Source: Epiperipatus broadwayi (Eukaryota > Animalia > Onychophora). Taken from it: a DNA stretch of 64,000 nucleotides. A program made the translations under genes and the position numbers. The notes beneath the pieces are model-generated. The model was given only the letters and a program-made list of their open reading frames with translations, made no database searches and was not told where the DNA came from. Positions 24,766 to 37,003 of this stretch are shown one piece after another; position 1 is the stretch's first letter, and the number at the start of each line of letters is the position of its first letter. The stretch lies in assembly GCA_028023455.1 (NCBI GenBank), contig JAQFVV010000003.1, positions 12,090,001 through 12,154,000 of the forward strand, given 5' to 3'.

Positions 24766-26118
24766 CTCTACACTAATGTTTTTGGTGGTTTGGAGGGGGG
24801 TGCAAAAGTTTTTTTTCTTCTTGTTTTCAGAGAGCATTCTGTTGTTTTTTTTATTTCAAGTCATAATTTCCTTCACTAACTGCTGCATCTTGCTGTGATT
24901 CCTCATCCCCTCTCCCCTCTTTTTTTTTTAGTTGTAAATAATGATTTTTGAAATTTAGTTTGATTCTAAACTTCTAGTTTGAAATATTTGTTCATCTCTT
25001 CTGACTCGAAAATGGAGACAATTTTTTTGCTTATTAACAAATTACTGAGTTAACAGACTAACTAATATTTATAAATTGCAAATTATCACTAATGACATAC
25101 TAGGAATATCATTGGTTATAATATCTTTTTACCTAGATTTTTAAATTTTGTCCTAAATGAAACTCATAAATTTCCAAACCGATAATCATGTCTTACCTCA
25201 TTATTGTCATGTGATATTTATCTAATTCTAAAATTAACTGCACACCATACATTAAGTGTTAATGATATTGCCTGTGAAAATATGTGGACTATTCCTTTTT
25301 TTAGCTTATGATTTCAATATTGTACAGCAGATAAAAATGTAAAAGTCTAATTAATTCATTATAGAGCCAAGTTCTCTTAAAAGGAGAGCAGTGAAAAAGA
25401 CAAATATTGTCAAATATTAAAAGTAAGAGTTTTAATATCGTGCCATTTTTGTTTTACTCAAACTAATCCATTTGTTGATCGATTTTGGGGAAGGGGTGAG
25501 GAGGAGTAGTAATGGTTAAGAGCCAGTGGTCTAGAACCCAACCATAGACCTGTTTGGAACATGAAAAAAAAAATCATTTTACCTGACCAGGATTGAAATC
25601 TTAACTTATGCGAATGGAAGATGTACTACCATTATGTTGTAAGATCCCTCAAGCATTATGCAGATGTCTATTTTCATTGGGATTTTTGACAGTTACTAAT
25701 ATTAATTGAGATCTAACATGAAAAAGTGAATCATAGATAGGCTATTTAATATTCATTACAGTATTTGGTTCCAAAATGAGAATTGGATTAGAACTCTATG
25801 CATTAAGAAACTAATTTATTAAATGGTACTAAATATTTATAAATGATAACTGCTAGCAATAACAATCACATAGAGTCAACTTATTATTTCAGATTTTCAT
25901 CTGTTTTGTAAATGTGATAAAAAGCTGACATATAAGGAAGACATTATTTTCAAGATAACTGAGACACACTCACATAAAATATAAAAAGTACATATTTTAT
26001 TCATTGCCTAATAAAAACTTTGATCATATACAGGAATTAACCTGTCCTCAAAATACTTCTACATTTTCTTAGATATATTAAATAAATCATTTTTTTATAG
26101 CGCGATGTTTGTAAACTG

Positions 26119-26324
26119 TAATATTTAACACAGCATTATGCTGTTGCACATGCGCTTTGAAGATTTTAACTATAAATGAATGAATACTAACACTCATCCA
26201 CATGATAAAGTTTTTTCTATCTTTTCTAAAGACTTTATCATGTGGTTGAGTGTTAGTATTCATTCATTTATAGTTAAAATCTTCAAAGCGCATGTGCAAC
26301 AGCGTAATGCTGTGTTAAATATTA
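26119..26324. repeat. Long near-perfect inverted repeat (93-bp arms, 20-nt loop)
   Basis: 26119-26211 is the reverse complement of 26232-26324 with 2 mismatches. Confidence 0.95.
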
Positions 26325-27014
26325 GATATATTAAGTAAAATGTAATTTATTTTATGACTTTTATTTATTATCTTTATTAAAATATAGTTGCAAAACAGAA
26401 TGTTTTCCTATAAAAAATTTAGCCTACCCAAAATTAAGTATTATCATTATGCAGTTTTAAAAAATTTTGATTCCATAATAAAATATATCAAGAATAAATT
26501 AAAAAATATATTTTATTTCTATTTAAACATGTTTGATACAATGTTTAGAAGTCAATATGTTTACATTTTTGATGCAATTTTAGTTTTGCAAGAAAAAGAA
26601 ATTGCATAATTATATATAAAAAAGTTCATGTTATATAAAATAATTAATTATGTAATTAGTATGACACAGAGCTGCATCACAATTAAACACTACTTGCCTA
26701 TTAGTTAACAAAAATATATGGCAATAACTTAATGTCTAATTCAGAACTTCCTCTTCATGAGTTATACTAACTAGATGATGACAGGAATTCCCCTAAAACT
26801 ATTTAGTTCACAACTCATGCTGGCTATAATATAACACTTTTTAGTTAAATAATGAGCTCATAGTAGATGTTTAAATGTTCTTATTTATAACAATACTTAA
26901 TATCATAAAAAAATAAATTAGACAATGTATATTATGTTATTTTACTATTAAAAAATCGAATTTGCCCCATATATCAACTTTATTGTAATCACCACTAATA
27001 GGATTACAGCATAA

Positions 27015-27085
27015 GCATTGGTGGCTGAGTGGTTAGCACAGCTGCCTTACAAGCAGTTATTCTGATTTGACGCAAAAATAAAAAT
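27015..27085 (+). mobile_element. tRNA-Gly-derived SINE copy, internally deleted
   Basis: GCATTGGTGGCTGAGTGGTTAGCACAGCTGCCTTACAAGCAGTT matches the 5' two-thirds of eukaryotic tRNA-Gly. The T-arm is missing. TTTGAC tail, then A-rich sequence. Confidence 0.65.
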
Positions 27086-27599
27086 GCAACTGTAGTACTC
27101 TTTGCAATAAATAATTTATTAAGATTTTCTCACAGATTAATATTTTTAATTTCAAATTATGGTATAAATTTTTAAACAAAAGTATTTTAAAAACTTGTCC
27201 ATTATGTTGCTTTTACAATAAACATACAATTAATTGTTTAAATCCAGTCAATTTAATAATTATCAAACCATTTGACCTACTATTTTCTGTTATTTTTAAG
27301 ACATTCTCTGAAGAAAGTTATAAAAAAAATAACAGAAAGCAATAGTTCGATAATAACTATCAATTCGTCTGAATTTAAGGAATTAATTTATTTGGTATGT
27401 GTATATTTTTAATTAATATTAAACTTAGTGAAAGGTAACTATTAACTATTAGTGATTCTCAGTTTTAAATTATTGTATTTTTTAAATAAGATATTTAAAG
27501 TTTTTTTTTTTTGTTTCTCAGTGATAAAATCTTTTATTCATCAAAAAGACTAAATACACAATAGTTAAAAAGGTTTACAAAGAGATGATTACATGACAA

Positions 27600-28260
27600 A
27601 ATGAAATTTAAGTACAATATAGTAAGGGGGAAAGGAATACATATGAATAGGAAACAAGATAGGAAATTTTGAAATAACGGTCATTTTAATTAAAGCAGAG
27701 AAGAAGATAGAGCTCTGATGAAGTCTGCTGGACAGTCGAAACTGTAAGGAAAATAAAGTTTTTAAGAAAATTTGTTGCATTAAAGTGTATAAGAAAGCAG
27801 TGTTATAAGCAATATATATGATTATATGAAGATATGCAAAGAAAGTGAAAGAGAAGAATAAGATAATATACTTCTGAATAGGAAAGGGATATAGAAAGGG
27901 TGTGTAGTCCAGGTAAAGAAGAGTCTTTGATAAGGAGCAATGTTGATAGGCTTGGATGCCCTAGTGGATTAATAGGAGAATCCATATGTGACATTAACTT
28001 TAAGAGAATTGCTGTATGTTCAGTCTTTAGAGGTTTCAGGGATGAAAGAGAAGGCTTTTGAGTTATGCTTAGATACAACAGCCTGATTATTGTCCTTTGT
28101 AGATGAGTAATTTTAGATTTTCCCATTGTACTTGGAATGCCATAATGATTGATCCTGTTGTTCTTTTTGACTTGCTTTTTACCTTTGATAGAGCAAACTA
28201 CAGCCTGAAAGGGAGGAAAGTCCAGAGGGCAAGGAGATCGAGACTTTGAAATAAGTTCTC
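27600..28260 (-). mobile_element. Jockey/I-group LINE 3' fragment, decayed
   Basis: HYGIPSTMGKSKITHLQRTIIRLL..ITQKP..H..KLMS..PINPL resembles the post-RT region YG.PVWG...Q..Q...LR.IT..P. Confidence 0.45.
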
Positions 28261-31099
28261 TGGTGATGATGTTTTTAGTTAAGTTTTGTTTGAAATTTGA
28301 TTTGGATAAAATTTGGGTAATTTTGAAAGTTTTAGTTCATATAATTTAAGAGTCTGTATGTTTTTTTCCGCTAGAGGCAGTGACCATCTTTAAACCATTT
28401 GAAAGAAAATAAAGTAATGTGAAGAAAACAATTTTGAAATGGAAAAATTATATATATTGACGTAAAAGCAAAAAAAATCACTGGAAAACTTGTTATTAAT
28501 AATTTTAGTTGAGTAATGAGAAAATTGAGTGGAATTTTAGGTGGTTAGTTACCCCAGAGGAGGGGTCTCAAAAAAAAAGATTGTTAAAAATAGCCTAAAT
28601 AACTGGAACAACAAACAAAAAACTTTATAAAAAAGTTCTGCATGACAGGGAATTTGAGTAGGAGAAATATTTAAGAGTCTAAGAGTGAGTAAAACCCTTT
28701 CTGGTCCATGAAACAGTTGAACCACCCACCAAACAGGGGAGAAATGAGGTAGTTAAATGCTAAGCACAAGGTACACATAGGGAAATTGTGTTAAAAATGC
28801 ACTAAAACTGAGATTTAGTGAATGCAAGAGTACATTAGCAGCAAAATAGGGCCTTTAAAGGGCCAAGTAGATATAAAAGGCACTTTTTACTGCTGTAAAA
28901 CCAACCTTTCAGAGCCATTCTGTGCAAGCTGTGAGGAGGATGACTTTCCAGTAAGAGCTCCACCTATGGACTGATAAGATATTTAAAGTTTACAGTTCAT
29001 TTATAACTTTTGGTAACGAGTTGAAATTTTTTATTGTAGAAAACTGTTATCTTTGATGCCTTTTTATACATAATTTTGGATTTATGAATTTTGGAGAATC
29101 AATTGACCTCATTATTTGGGTAAAAAATTATTTTGATTTGCTGTAAATCTTCTTATCTCTTCACCTAAGAATTCATGTGCTTATATATATGTAATATAGT
29201 GTTAATTTGTATTTAAAGTAAGTACAGTATTTTAAACTGATATGATTTGAAAAAATTATGCAATTATTTTCCTGAATATACATTTAATTGAATGTAATAC
29301 TGATAATAAATCAAAATTTGAACAAGAATTTAGTCACAATTGATTATTTAGGTATATTTTAACACTCCAGGGTCAGGCCTGCAGGTCATTTATATTGCAA
29401 GGCACGAAGTCATCTATAATGGAAGAATATCTTTAAAAAATAAAAACATCTATTGATTATATCAAGATTTATTTATTTATTTTTTTAACCTAGAGGCAAT
29501 AAATATTTAAACTAGAATATTCTTACAAATAATGTCTTAATTTTGTTTTTTAAAAAATATATATGTATGTGCAAAAAGAATTAATTGGAAAAGAAATTTT
29601 GATTCGTCATTGAAGTCTTAAAGAAAATGGGTAAGGTAAATTCTTAATATCCACTGCAAATATTATGAACATTGATTTATTGCTTTTTATGTCTGAATTT
29701 AAAACAAAAAAAAATTATGATTTTTCTGAATAGTTTCTGAAGCATTGGTCAGGGTTTTTTTTTTCTAAAGCAAAGTGAATGAATTTGTATGTGTATCTGT
29801 TTATTAGCATCACTTTATAATGAATAAGGTATTTGGATTAAGAGAAATAGTTGACTAGTTTGCTTCAATGTAATGTTCATTGACTAATTAAACTTGCAAA
29901 TAGATAGTTATACTTTTTATTTGGTTACTCACAATTTTATATAATTTTCGTATGAGGGGAGATTTCATGAATTAGAAAATTTCTCAAATACTAAATGAAT
30001 CATTTTGCACTTTCTGAAGTTAGAAGAAAAATTGAAAAGTGATACAAATATTGAAAATATAAGGAATTGGAATTCATTAGAAATAAAAAGTGAAACAATA
30101 TTATGGAGTATATGATTCAAAATAACAAGATTAATTGACAAATTTATTGTCAAATGCAAGATGCAGACAAATGTTATTATAATTCCTCATGATAAAGATA
30201 TAGGCAAACTTAATACTGAACCGTATTAAAATACATATGGTTTGTGAGCATATTGGCATTTGGTAATATTTAAAAAAAAAAAAAAGCTAAAAAAGAAATA
30301 AACTTAAAGATCTTTTAAAAGATGCAATTTAATTTTCTCTTTTTAGTTAGTATAATTTATTTTTTAGACAATGAAAGTTGTCTTTGTTTTGTATTTATCT
30401 ATTTAATTTAATACAGTATGATTAAATCACAATTTACATCATTTAATACAAAAATGATTTAGAAGTGCATAGATTATGAAAAGGATTTCAACTTGAACAG
30501 GTTTATATTGTAATGTATAGAACTAGTAGAAACTTTTCATGGTAATGTAAAATTGAAAACAAATATAAGACGATATAATGAGGCAATCATTCCTGAAAAG
30601 GTTAAACAATTGTTTGAACAATTTTTTGTTTGTGCAAGTTTATCACCGACAAAGTAAAGTTTACCACATTTAGGAAAAGCTCTGGATTGCTGAGAGTTAC
30701 AGGTATTGTGAGGCTTCTAGCATAGATAAAACCATTTACTGAACATTAAACGCTGACGTTTTGAAATTAGTGATCTGTGAATTTTTATTAACTTATGTTG
30801 GCTTACTTTTAAATTTTATCTTTTAAAAGATAAGTTTGTTTTCTTTAAAATGTAAGTGTGCAATATATATGACAATTTTATAGATATTTTTTATGTTTAT
30901 AGTTTTGATTTTTCTTGCTTTAGTAATTATTTTGAAAACTTTGATCTTATCTATGGGCTTCAAACTGATTATCTCTAGATAATGAACAATGATATAATCA
31001 ATGACATTTGAAAACCAATTAATTAATTTTGCAGACTCCATTGTAATGTCCACCTTTACACTGATAACACATGAATGTGACTAAAGATATTTTCTTATA

Positions 31100-32083
31100 C
31101 ACCTGGGTCTCATTTTATGCAGTAGATAGGTTCCACAGAAAACCCACATTAAAAAAAAATCACACAAAAATAGTCTTAATTTACCTTGAAAAATAGGGGA
31201 TAGGGGTTGTAATTTTCGGAATTCACATAAAAGCAAAGCAACAAAGAAAAATTACTTTAAAATTCACATTAAAAAAATAAGCAAATAAAGTATGACTAAT
31301 AAAAAATTTCAAATATTTGAAAAAAATTACTACAAGACAAACTTTTTTTACTTTTTTTATTAACTACAATATTTAATTTTACATTTTTCATACATATTTT
31401 AATCATTACTGCTAGTGTTCGTTTGTAAACTGAAAAGAAATCAGATTCGATGTGATGTGATGTATTGTAGCTTCTCCTTATACGAAGTCAAGAATCTTTC
31501 AGCAATTATGCCCAGAGAAACCTGTTAGCCACTTTATTTTTATTTGTGATGTGATGTACAACTAGCACCATTTTCAATCTTGTGCTGTGTTAATGGTTTT
31601 CTGTTTCTATTTTTAAAAAATGAGATCGTAATCAAAACAAAAAATTATACATTATCATTAAAAAGATTATTTTCAGTTTATAAAATCTTCGTTTTTTATT
31701 TTAAAAATCTAAAAGATTATTTATTTCTGTTAGATATAACAAAATATACGTTTTTAAGATTTAATTTTTTTGAATATTTATTGCGATATTTTTATATGTA
31801 AGTATAAATCTATTATTATTATTTACTCATTAGTATAAAAAGGGTATTTACATAAAAGCTAAGTTCTAAATACAGCTTAAGGCCATATTCACGTTAGTTG
31901 CTAATATAACGTTATATTTTTGAAAAGAAAAAAAAAGTATTTCAAGTCAAAATAAGTTATTAATAATTTAAATTTCTTGATATCTAATAAATATAGTGAA
32001 ATATGAAAGATATTAAGAAGAAACATGAATCGCATAACTTCAAAATCGCATTAAAATAATCCACATAAAACGAGACCCAGGTG
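31100..32083. mobile_element. Tc1/mariner-superfamily (pogo/Tigger-like) MITE
   Basis: 20-bp TIRs CACCTGGGTCTC(A/G)TTTTATG (19/20). TA on both sides (31098-31099, 32084-32085). Non-coding interior. Confidence 0.85.
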
Positions 32084-32800
32084 TATTGCCTAATTTAATA
32101 TTGGTAATCTATATGAAGATGCTGAAGATATTTTTTAATAATGGCAAGAAGAGTGTCCAACTTGGGATTGGGAGTCCCAGGATCAATTCTGGCATTTGCA
32201 GGTCTGGTGCTTGAATTTCTTATGACAGGTCTCAAGCAATAAAACCATATGCCTTTTTTTTTTACCCTGCACAGTTAGGAGATCTCAGGATCGATTCTGT
32301 TACAGTTCTGGCATTCAAACTATTGAACTCCCCAGCAATAAAACCATTATAACGATCGAAATGCAAGTGAAGATCGAATCTAACCGCAAAAACATATCTG
32401 CTCTACGGGGCGCCATCTAGGCATTTAAACCTAGAAAAATTTATAGAGTAGGCAGATACGCACTGTTAAGATTCCACTTTATTTAAATATTCCGATCGTT
32501 AGCCCAAGTCACTAGCTCAGCGGAGACGCAGAGATAAAAATCTATATCTTAATTTATATCTTAAATATCAATAAATAAAAGCCACTGCCAGAAATTAACA
32601 CATAAAAATATTTATTTACGCACATATAAAATAACATTTAAATTTTGAGGAATAAATTCAACATTTTAGATTTTTCTATTAATCTTTTAATTTTACGTTT
32701 AACTAAGTTTCAATGAGTTTAATATTTTATTTAGATAGTCAAGTATGAATAGACTTCATAGATCTGCATTTGAAAAGAAAATATTCTTCCCTGATTTAAC

Positions 32801-33771
32801 CTTAGGCAACAAATTTCGCAATCAACTGGCGCCAAACCATCTGATACATTCATGTATTCAATGTAGCATGATACGACAACACAAAATACTATACTGTCAG
32901 GAATGGACATCTGAACAGGAAGTAGAATTAGAGAAGACATTGACTCTCCACCAACAGGAATGTTACATCTGTTGGCAAGTAGAACAATAAACAAAAAACT
33001 CCATAGGAATGGACTGCGGTCTTCTGCCGACTTACAAACCCATCCATAGGCAAACAGAAGGTGTGTGGCGTATATATGCAATCCTGCCCGTAGCGGACTT
33101 CATACTACATCTACTAATTACACAAATATATCCAATCCATTGAGCCAATTCAACCACAAAACGAATAACCTAAGATTACCCTCCCTTAATATCACTTTAC
33201 AAAACTATATAGCCATTCACGCCCGACTGAAATTTAACATTTAGATACGTTCGCACAAATGCATTTTATAAAATTTGTTTTAAAATGTTGAGTACAGATC
33301 AGCTGCACAGATTCCACGGTCAAAAACATTCCAAATTAAACACAACCGATCAAAATACAAAGTCATCGATAAACGTCACTTGCATAGGGAATATACAAAT
33401 CCCATTAGCATTCATCGTAAGATGCTTGCAGTGATATCGTTGACATATATTCTAATCGAATGTGAAAACCACAACATTATCAACCACTAACGAATCTATG
33501 CAACGTCTATACCCAACCTTAAATTTCCTCATTTAAAATTTAAACAATAAATAATTTATACAATAAAAAAAAAAAATGGAAATGATCTTTATCAATCGGA
33601 AAACATATAAAATTAAACATTATTAATTTGATTTTAAACTTAAAAAAGTCAGATGGAAGTTCATAAGCTTGAACGAAAGTTCTTAATTATTTTTAAATTT
33701 AGAGTTCATGTCAATGTAGCTTACGGTAGAAGAGTCCAGGTTTCTGCTTTTAATTCCCGCGACGCCTCCAT
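32801..33771 (-). other. Candidate spliced 5' part of an unidentified gene (exons 33771-33725, 33104-33036, 32968-32801)
   Basis: ATG exon ending CC|GTAAGC, a 67-nt GTAAGT...pyrimidine-rich CAG intron at 33035-32969, and consistent splice phases. Located in a CpG-retaining island. Product not recognised. Confidence 0.3.
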
Positions 33772-34817
33772 TGGAAGATAATGTTCTGGAGATGGCAATA
33801 GCTGGTTCAAGGTATCACAGTCTTTTCATTTTTCCTTTTTAAATAGAGTGTGGTATGTGCGTCCTACCACCTTTCAAACATACAACGCTGGAACTGCCCG
33901 AAAAAACTGTATTTCCCTTTTTATATTATCCACATAGATTCAATCAACAAAATGTCACTAATCCATCACTTTCATTAGGGTCCGAGCCAAGGCTTAGTGC
34001 TTCCATTGGTCAAGCTAATTTCTCTTTTTTTCTTATCTATCTTTCATCAGATCATTTTAATTATACAAGATTCCACGGCTAGCTTGCTTTTCAAACAATT
34101 TATAAACAATCATTTCCATTTACAGATTACAAGAATTAATTAATACCTGTTTTTATTTTTAAATCTTGTACTTTTTATATAAAAAAGTACGTTCAAATAC
34201 TTATTTATTTGTTTTTTAAAAAAAAATATTTTTAAAGTTTGGCATCTGTGCGAATGTATATACGTTTAACAAACATTTTAATTTTAGCGTTTAGTTTTTT
34301 ACTTTTATTTGCGAACTTTTAAGTTTTTATTTTAAATTAATGTAACGACATATTTATATATCGTTACAATATATATTTTATCTATAGTTGATTAGCAAAA
34401 GAAGGGTCATCATATTGAATATGTTTTCTGATACTATATGTATATATATGTTGGAATCAGTAACAATGTATATAAATATATTGTACCGTTCATCGGTATC
34501 TTAGGGTTTATACGATTTATGTTCTTCATATTCGGTGATCATATTACATTTGCTTTGATAATTCCTTCATTAGAATATGTCAGGTAATTTTATAGAATGC
34601 AATTATTTTTCTTGGTCACACAACACCCGCTTAATGTAACTAAACTTGAATAATAGTTGAGGACAGAACCAGCCTTCAATTTATTTGGAAGGCGCCAGAA
34701 TTCTATACAAGAATCCACTGGCTTACCTACCTATCTTTATTAGTTACTATTATAAATTATTTGCTACACCCATAGAGTTGTACTTTCAGCAATTTATTTG
34801 GTAAAGTAATAACTGTT

Positions 34818-34887
34818 AATTTTATTCTATTAATAACAAACTTAAATAGACCCAATTTTATTCTATTAATAACAAACTTAAATAGAC
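34818..34887 (+). repeat. Tandem duplication, 36-bp period x2
   Basis: AATTTTATTCTATTAATAACAAACTTAAATAGAC occurs twice. Confidence 0.9.
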
Positions 34888-36760
34888 AACAACGCAAGTT
34901 ATATTTCTATGATTTATTAAATTATGATTATTTTAAAAAATAAATAGAGAATAACAATATAAAAACAAATAAATTCAAATAGCTATTAAATAATAGTGTT
35001 TTCTAGGATTCAGAATCTTTTTTATAGTCTGATGCAATACAGCATTTGCTATCCTTATAGTTCAAGAAAGTGGTCACTTAAATTATGAAATAAAATCTCC
35101 TTACTCGTAAATTGAATTGTTCAATTATAATGATGTGTAGATTACCATGCATGGTTTTTGTTCTCATGGGAGAGATCAGTTGTACGCTCTCATTCTAGCT
35201 TGTAGGTACTCCAGGGTTGGAAGATTTAGGTAGGCGATGGCTTCACTCTTGGCATTCTAAGACTTCAGGAAGGAAAAAACATTGGCAAATGAACTTTCTC
35301 TACTCACACATTATGATGATTCAATATGCTGGTGAGAGTAGCTTGGCACATTTTTATGACTTCGTAGAAAAATCAATTTTATAGTAAACTTTTCTTTAGA
35401 AGACGAAGATCTAAGCCACAAGATGCATAATATATTTGCTTTTTATACCCCCTCCCTGATTTTAGTCAGCCATACACATCCTCTTGACCTTTTTTAACTC
35501 TGAAAAATTTAAAATAATTTTGTTCATAAAATCATCTTCTTCCCCTTTGGTGGCCATTTTTGATGATGGCGATGGAATGCTGTGACTTTAGCTTTCAAAT
35601 GCTGTCAATTAATTTGCAATAGGAATTTATATCTTTATCTTAGCAAAATTAAAATAAGGTCTGGTTATTCTCTTTATCTAACTTTAAAAAAAAAAATCTA
35701 TGTTGTCCAAAAAATTTAAAATTCTAAATTGCCAATGCAAACGAGAACCTAAAATATGGTACAATAAATTTAACATTGGTGCAATGGTATTGATAGCATT
35801 TGGAAAAGTTATCATGTCTGTTTTTTTACATATATGTGTGTGTAGATAAAAATAAAACATTTTTTAAATAACTTATTCCAAGAACTGTGGAGTACTCGCA
35901 AGGCTTTCTATTTTATGGGATGGGAAGTTTGTATGAGAATTTGAACATTCTTTCATCTTTGTATTGCTTTATAATTTAGTATACATAGTTAACTATTTAT
36001 TGGCCAGTATTAGATGGCTTTCTGGGTTGATTATGGATCAGCTACCTAAAAGAAAACATCCCAAGCTTGTTGATAAAATTTTCCAAATTTATTAGGTCCT
36101 TATTTGAACAAAGATAATGAACATGGCAGTTGGATGCACTATTTTATATTGATACATATTTTATGTCTTTATACTAAATTACAATTTCCAAGTCCTATTC
36201 TAATTAGTTTTTAAAAAATTAAACATCTAGGGACATAGAACATAGTTTTGGAAATCATTATTTTTTCTATCAGTTGTATTATGACTAAAATTTTATTTTT
36301 TAATTTGCTTTCTTGTATATGCATAAAACAAACAAAAAAAAAAAACATTATTTATCTCAAAATGTGAAAGATTTTAATCACACGCTACCATATAAAGTAT
36401 TATCTTAATAGACTGCAAGTTATTGACAATCTGTTTATTAAAACATTAATTCATTTATCACAATATTTTAATATAATACTTTGAAAATGTATTTAAGACT
36501 TACTTTTATTATTGTTTTACATATGGAGTTATCTATGAAATAATACTATTTCTTACATTTAAAAAATATAGCTACTTTTGAATTGTTGATTAAAGTATAA
36601 GTTTAGATCTTATAAGAGCCCTGATCAGCGTGTAGAATGTCTGAAATGATGGTCCTATGTTTTATTTTAATTTTTTTAATAATTAACTAGAGTGAGAGTT
36701 TGCCAAATATCATTTTTGCAATTATTTCATATTTAGTTTTTAACTATACACTATAAGTTA

Positions 36761-36857
36761 TGGTGGCAGAGTGGTCAGCACAGCTGCCTTACAAGCAGTT
36801 GTCCTGGGTTCGCAGGCTCGCTTTCCGGACAATGCTTTGACACATGAAAAAAAAAAA
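36761..36857 (+). mobile_element. tRNA-Gly-derived SINE copy
   Basis: TGGTGGCAGAGTGGTCAGCACAGCTGCCTTACAAGCAGTTGTCCTGGGTTCG..., followed by a TTTGACAC tail and an A run. Confidence 0.75.
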
Positions 36858-36866
36858 CAACTATAT

Positions 36867-37003
36867 ACTATAATTCTAACATGCAGCTAGTTTATAGTAA
36901 TGTTGAATGAACTTAACTAACAGTGATTATAGTTTTTAATTATACACTATAATTCTAACATGTAGCTAGTTTACTAATGGTGAACTTCAACTAACAGTGA
37001 TTA
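36867..37003 (+). repeat. Imperfect tandem duplication, 79-bp period
   Basis: ACTATAATTCTAACATG(C/T)AGCTAGTTTA...AACTAACAGTGATTA occurs twice. Confidence 0.8.

Noticed and set aside
28520-28995. GC-elevated stretch with TATA-like GATATAAAAGG, a possible solo LTR
   Set aside because: No TG...CA boundaries with a matching TSD could be found.
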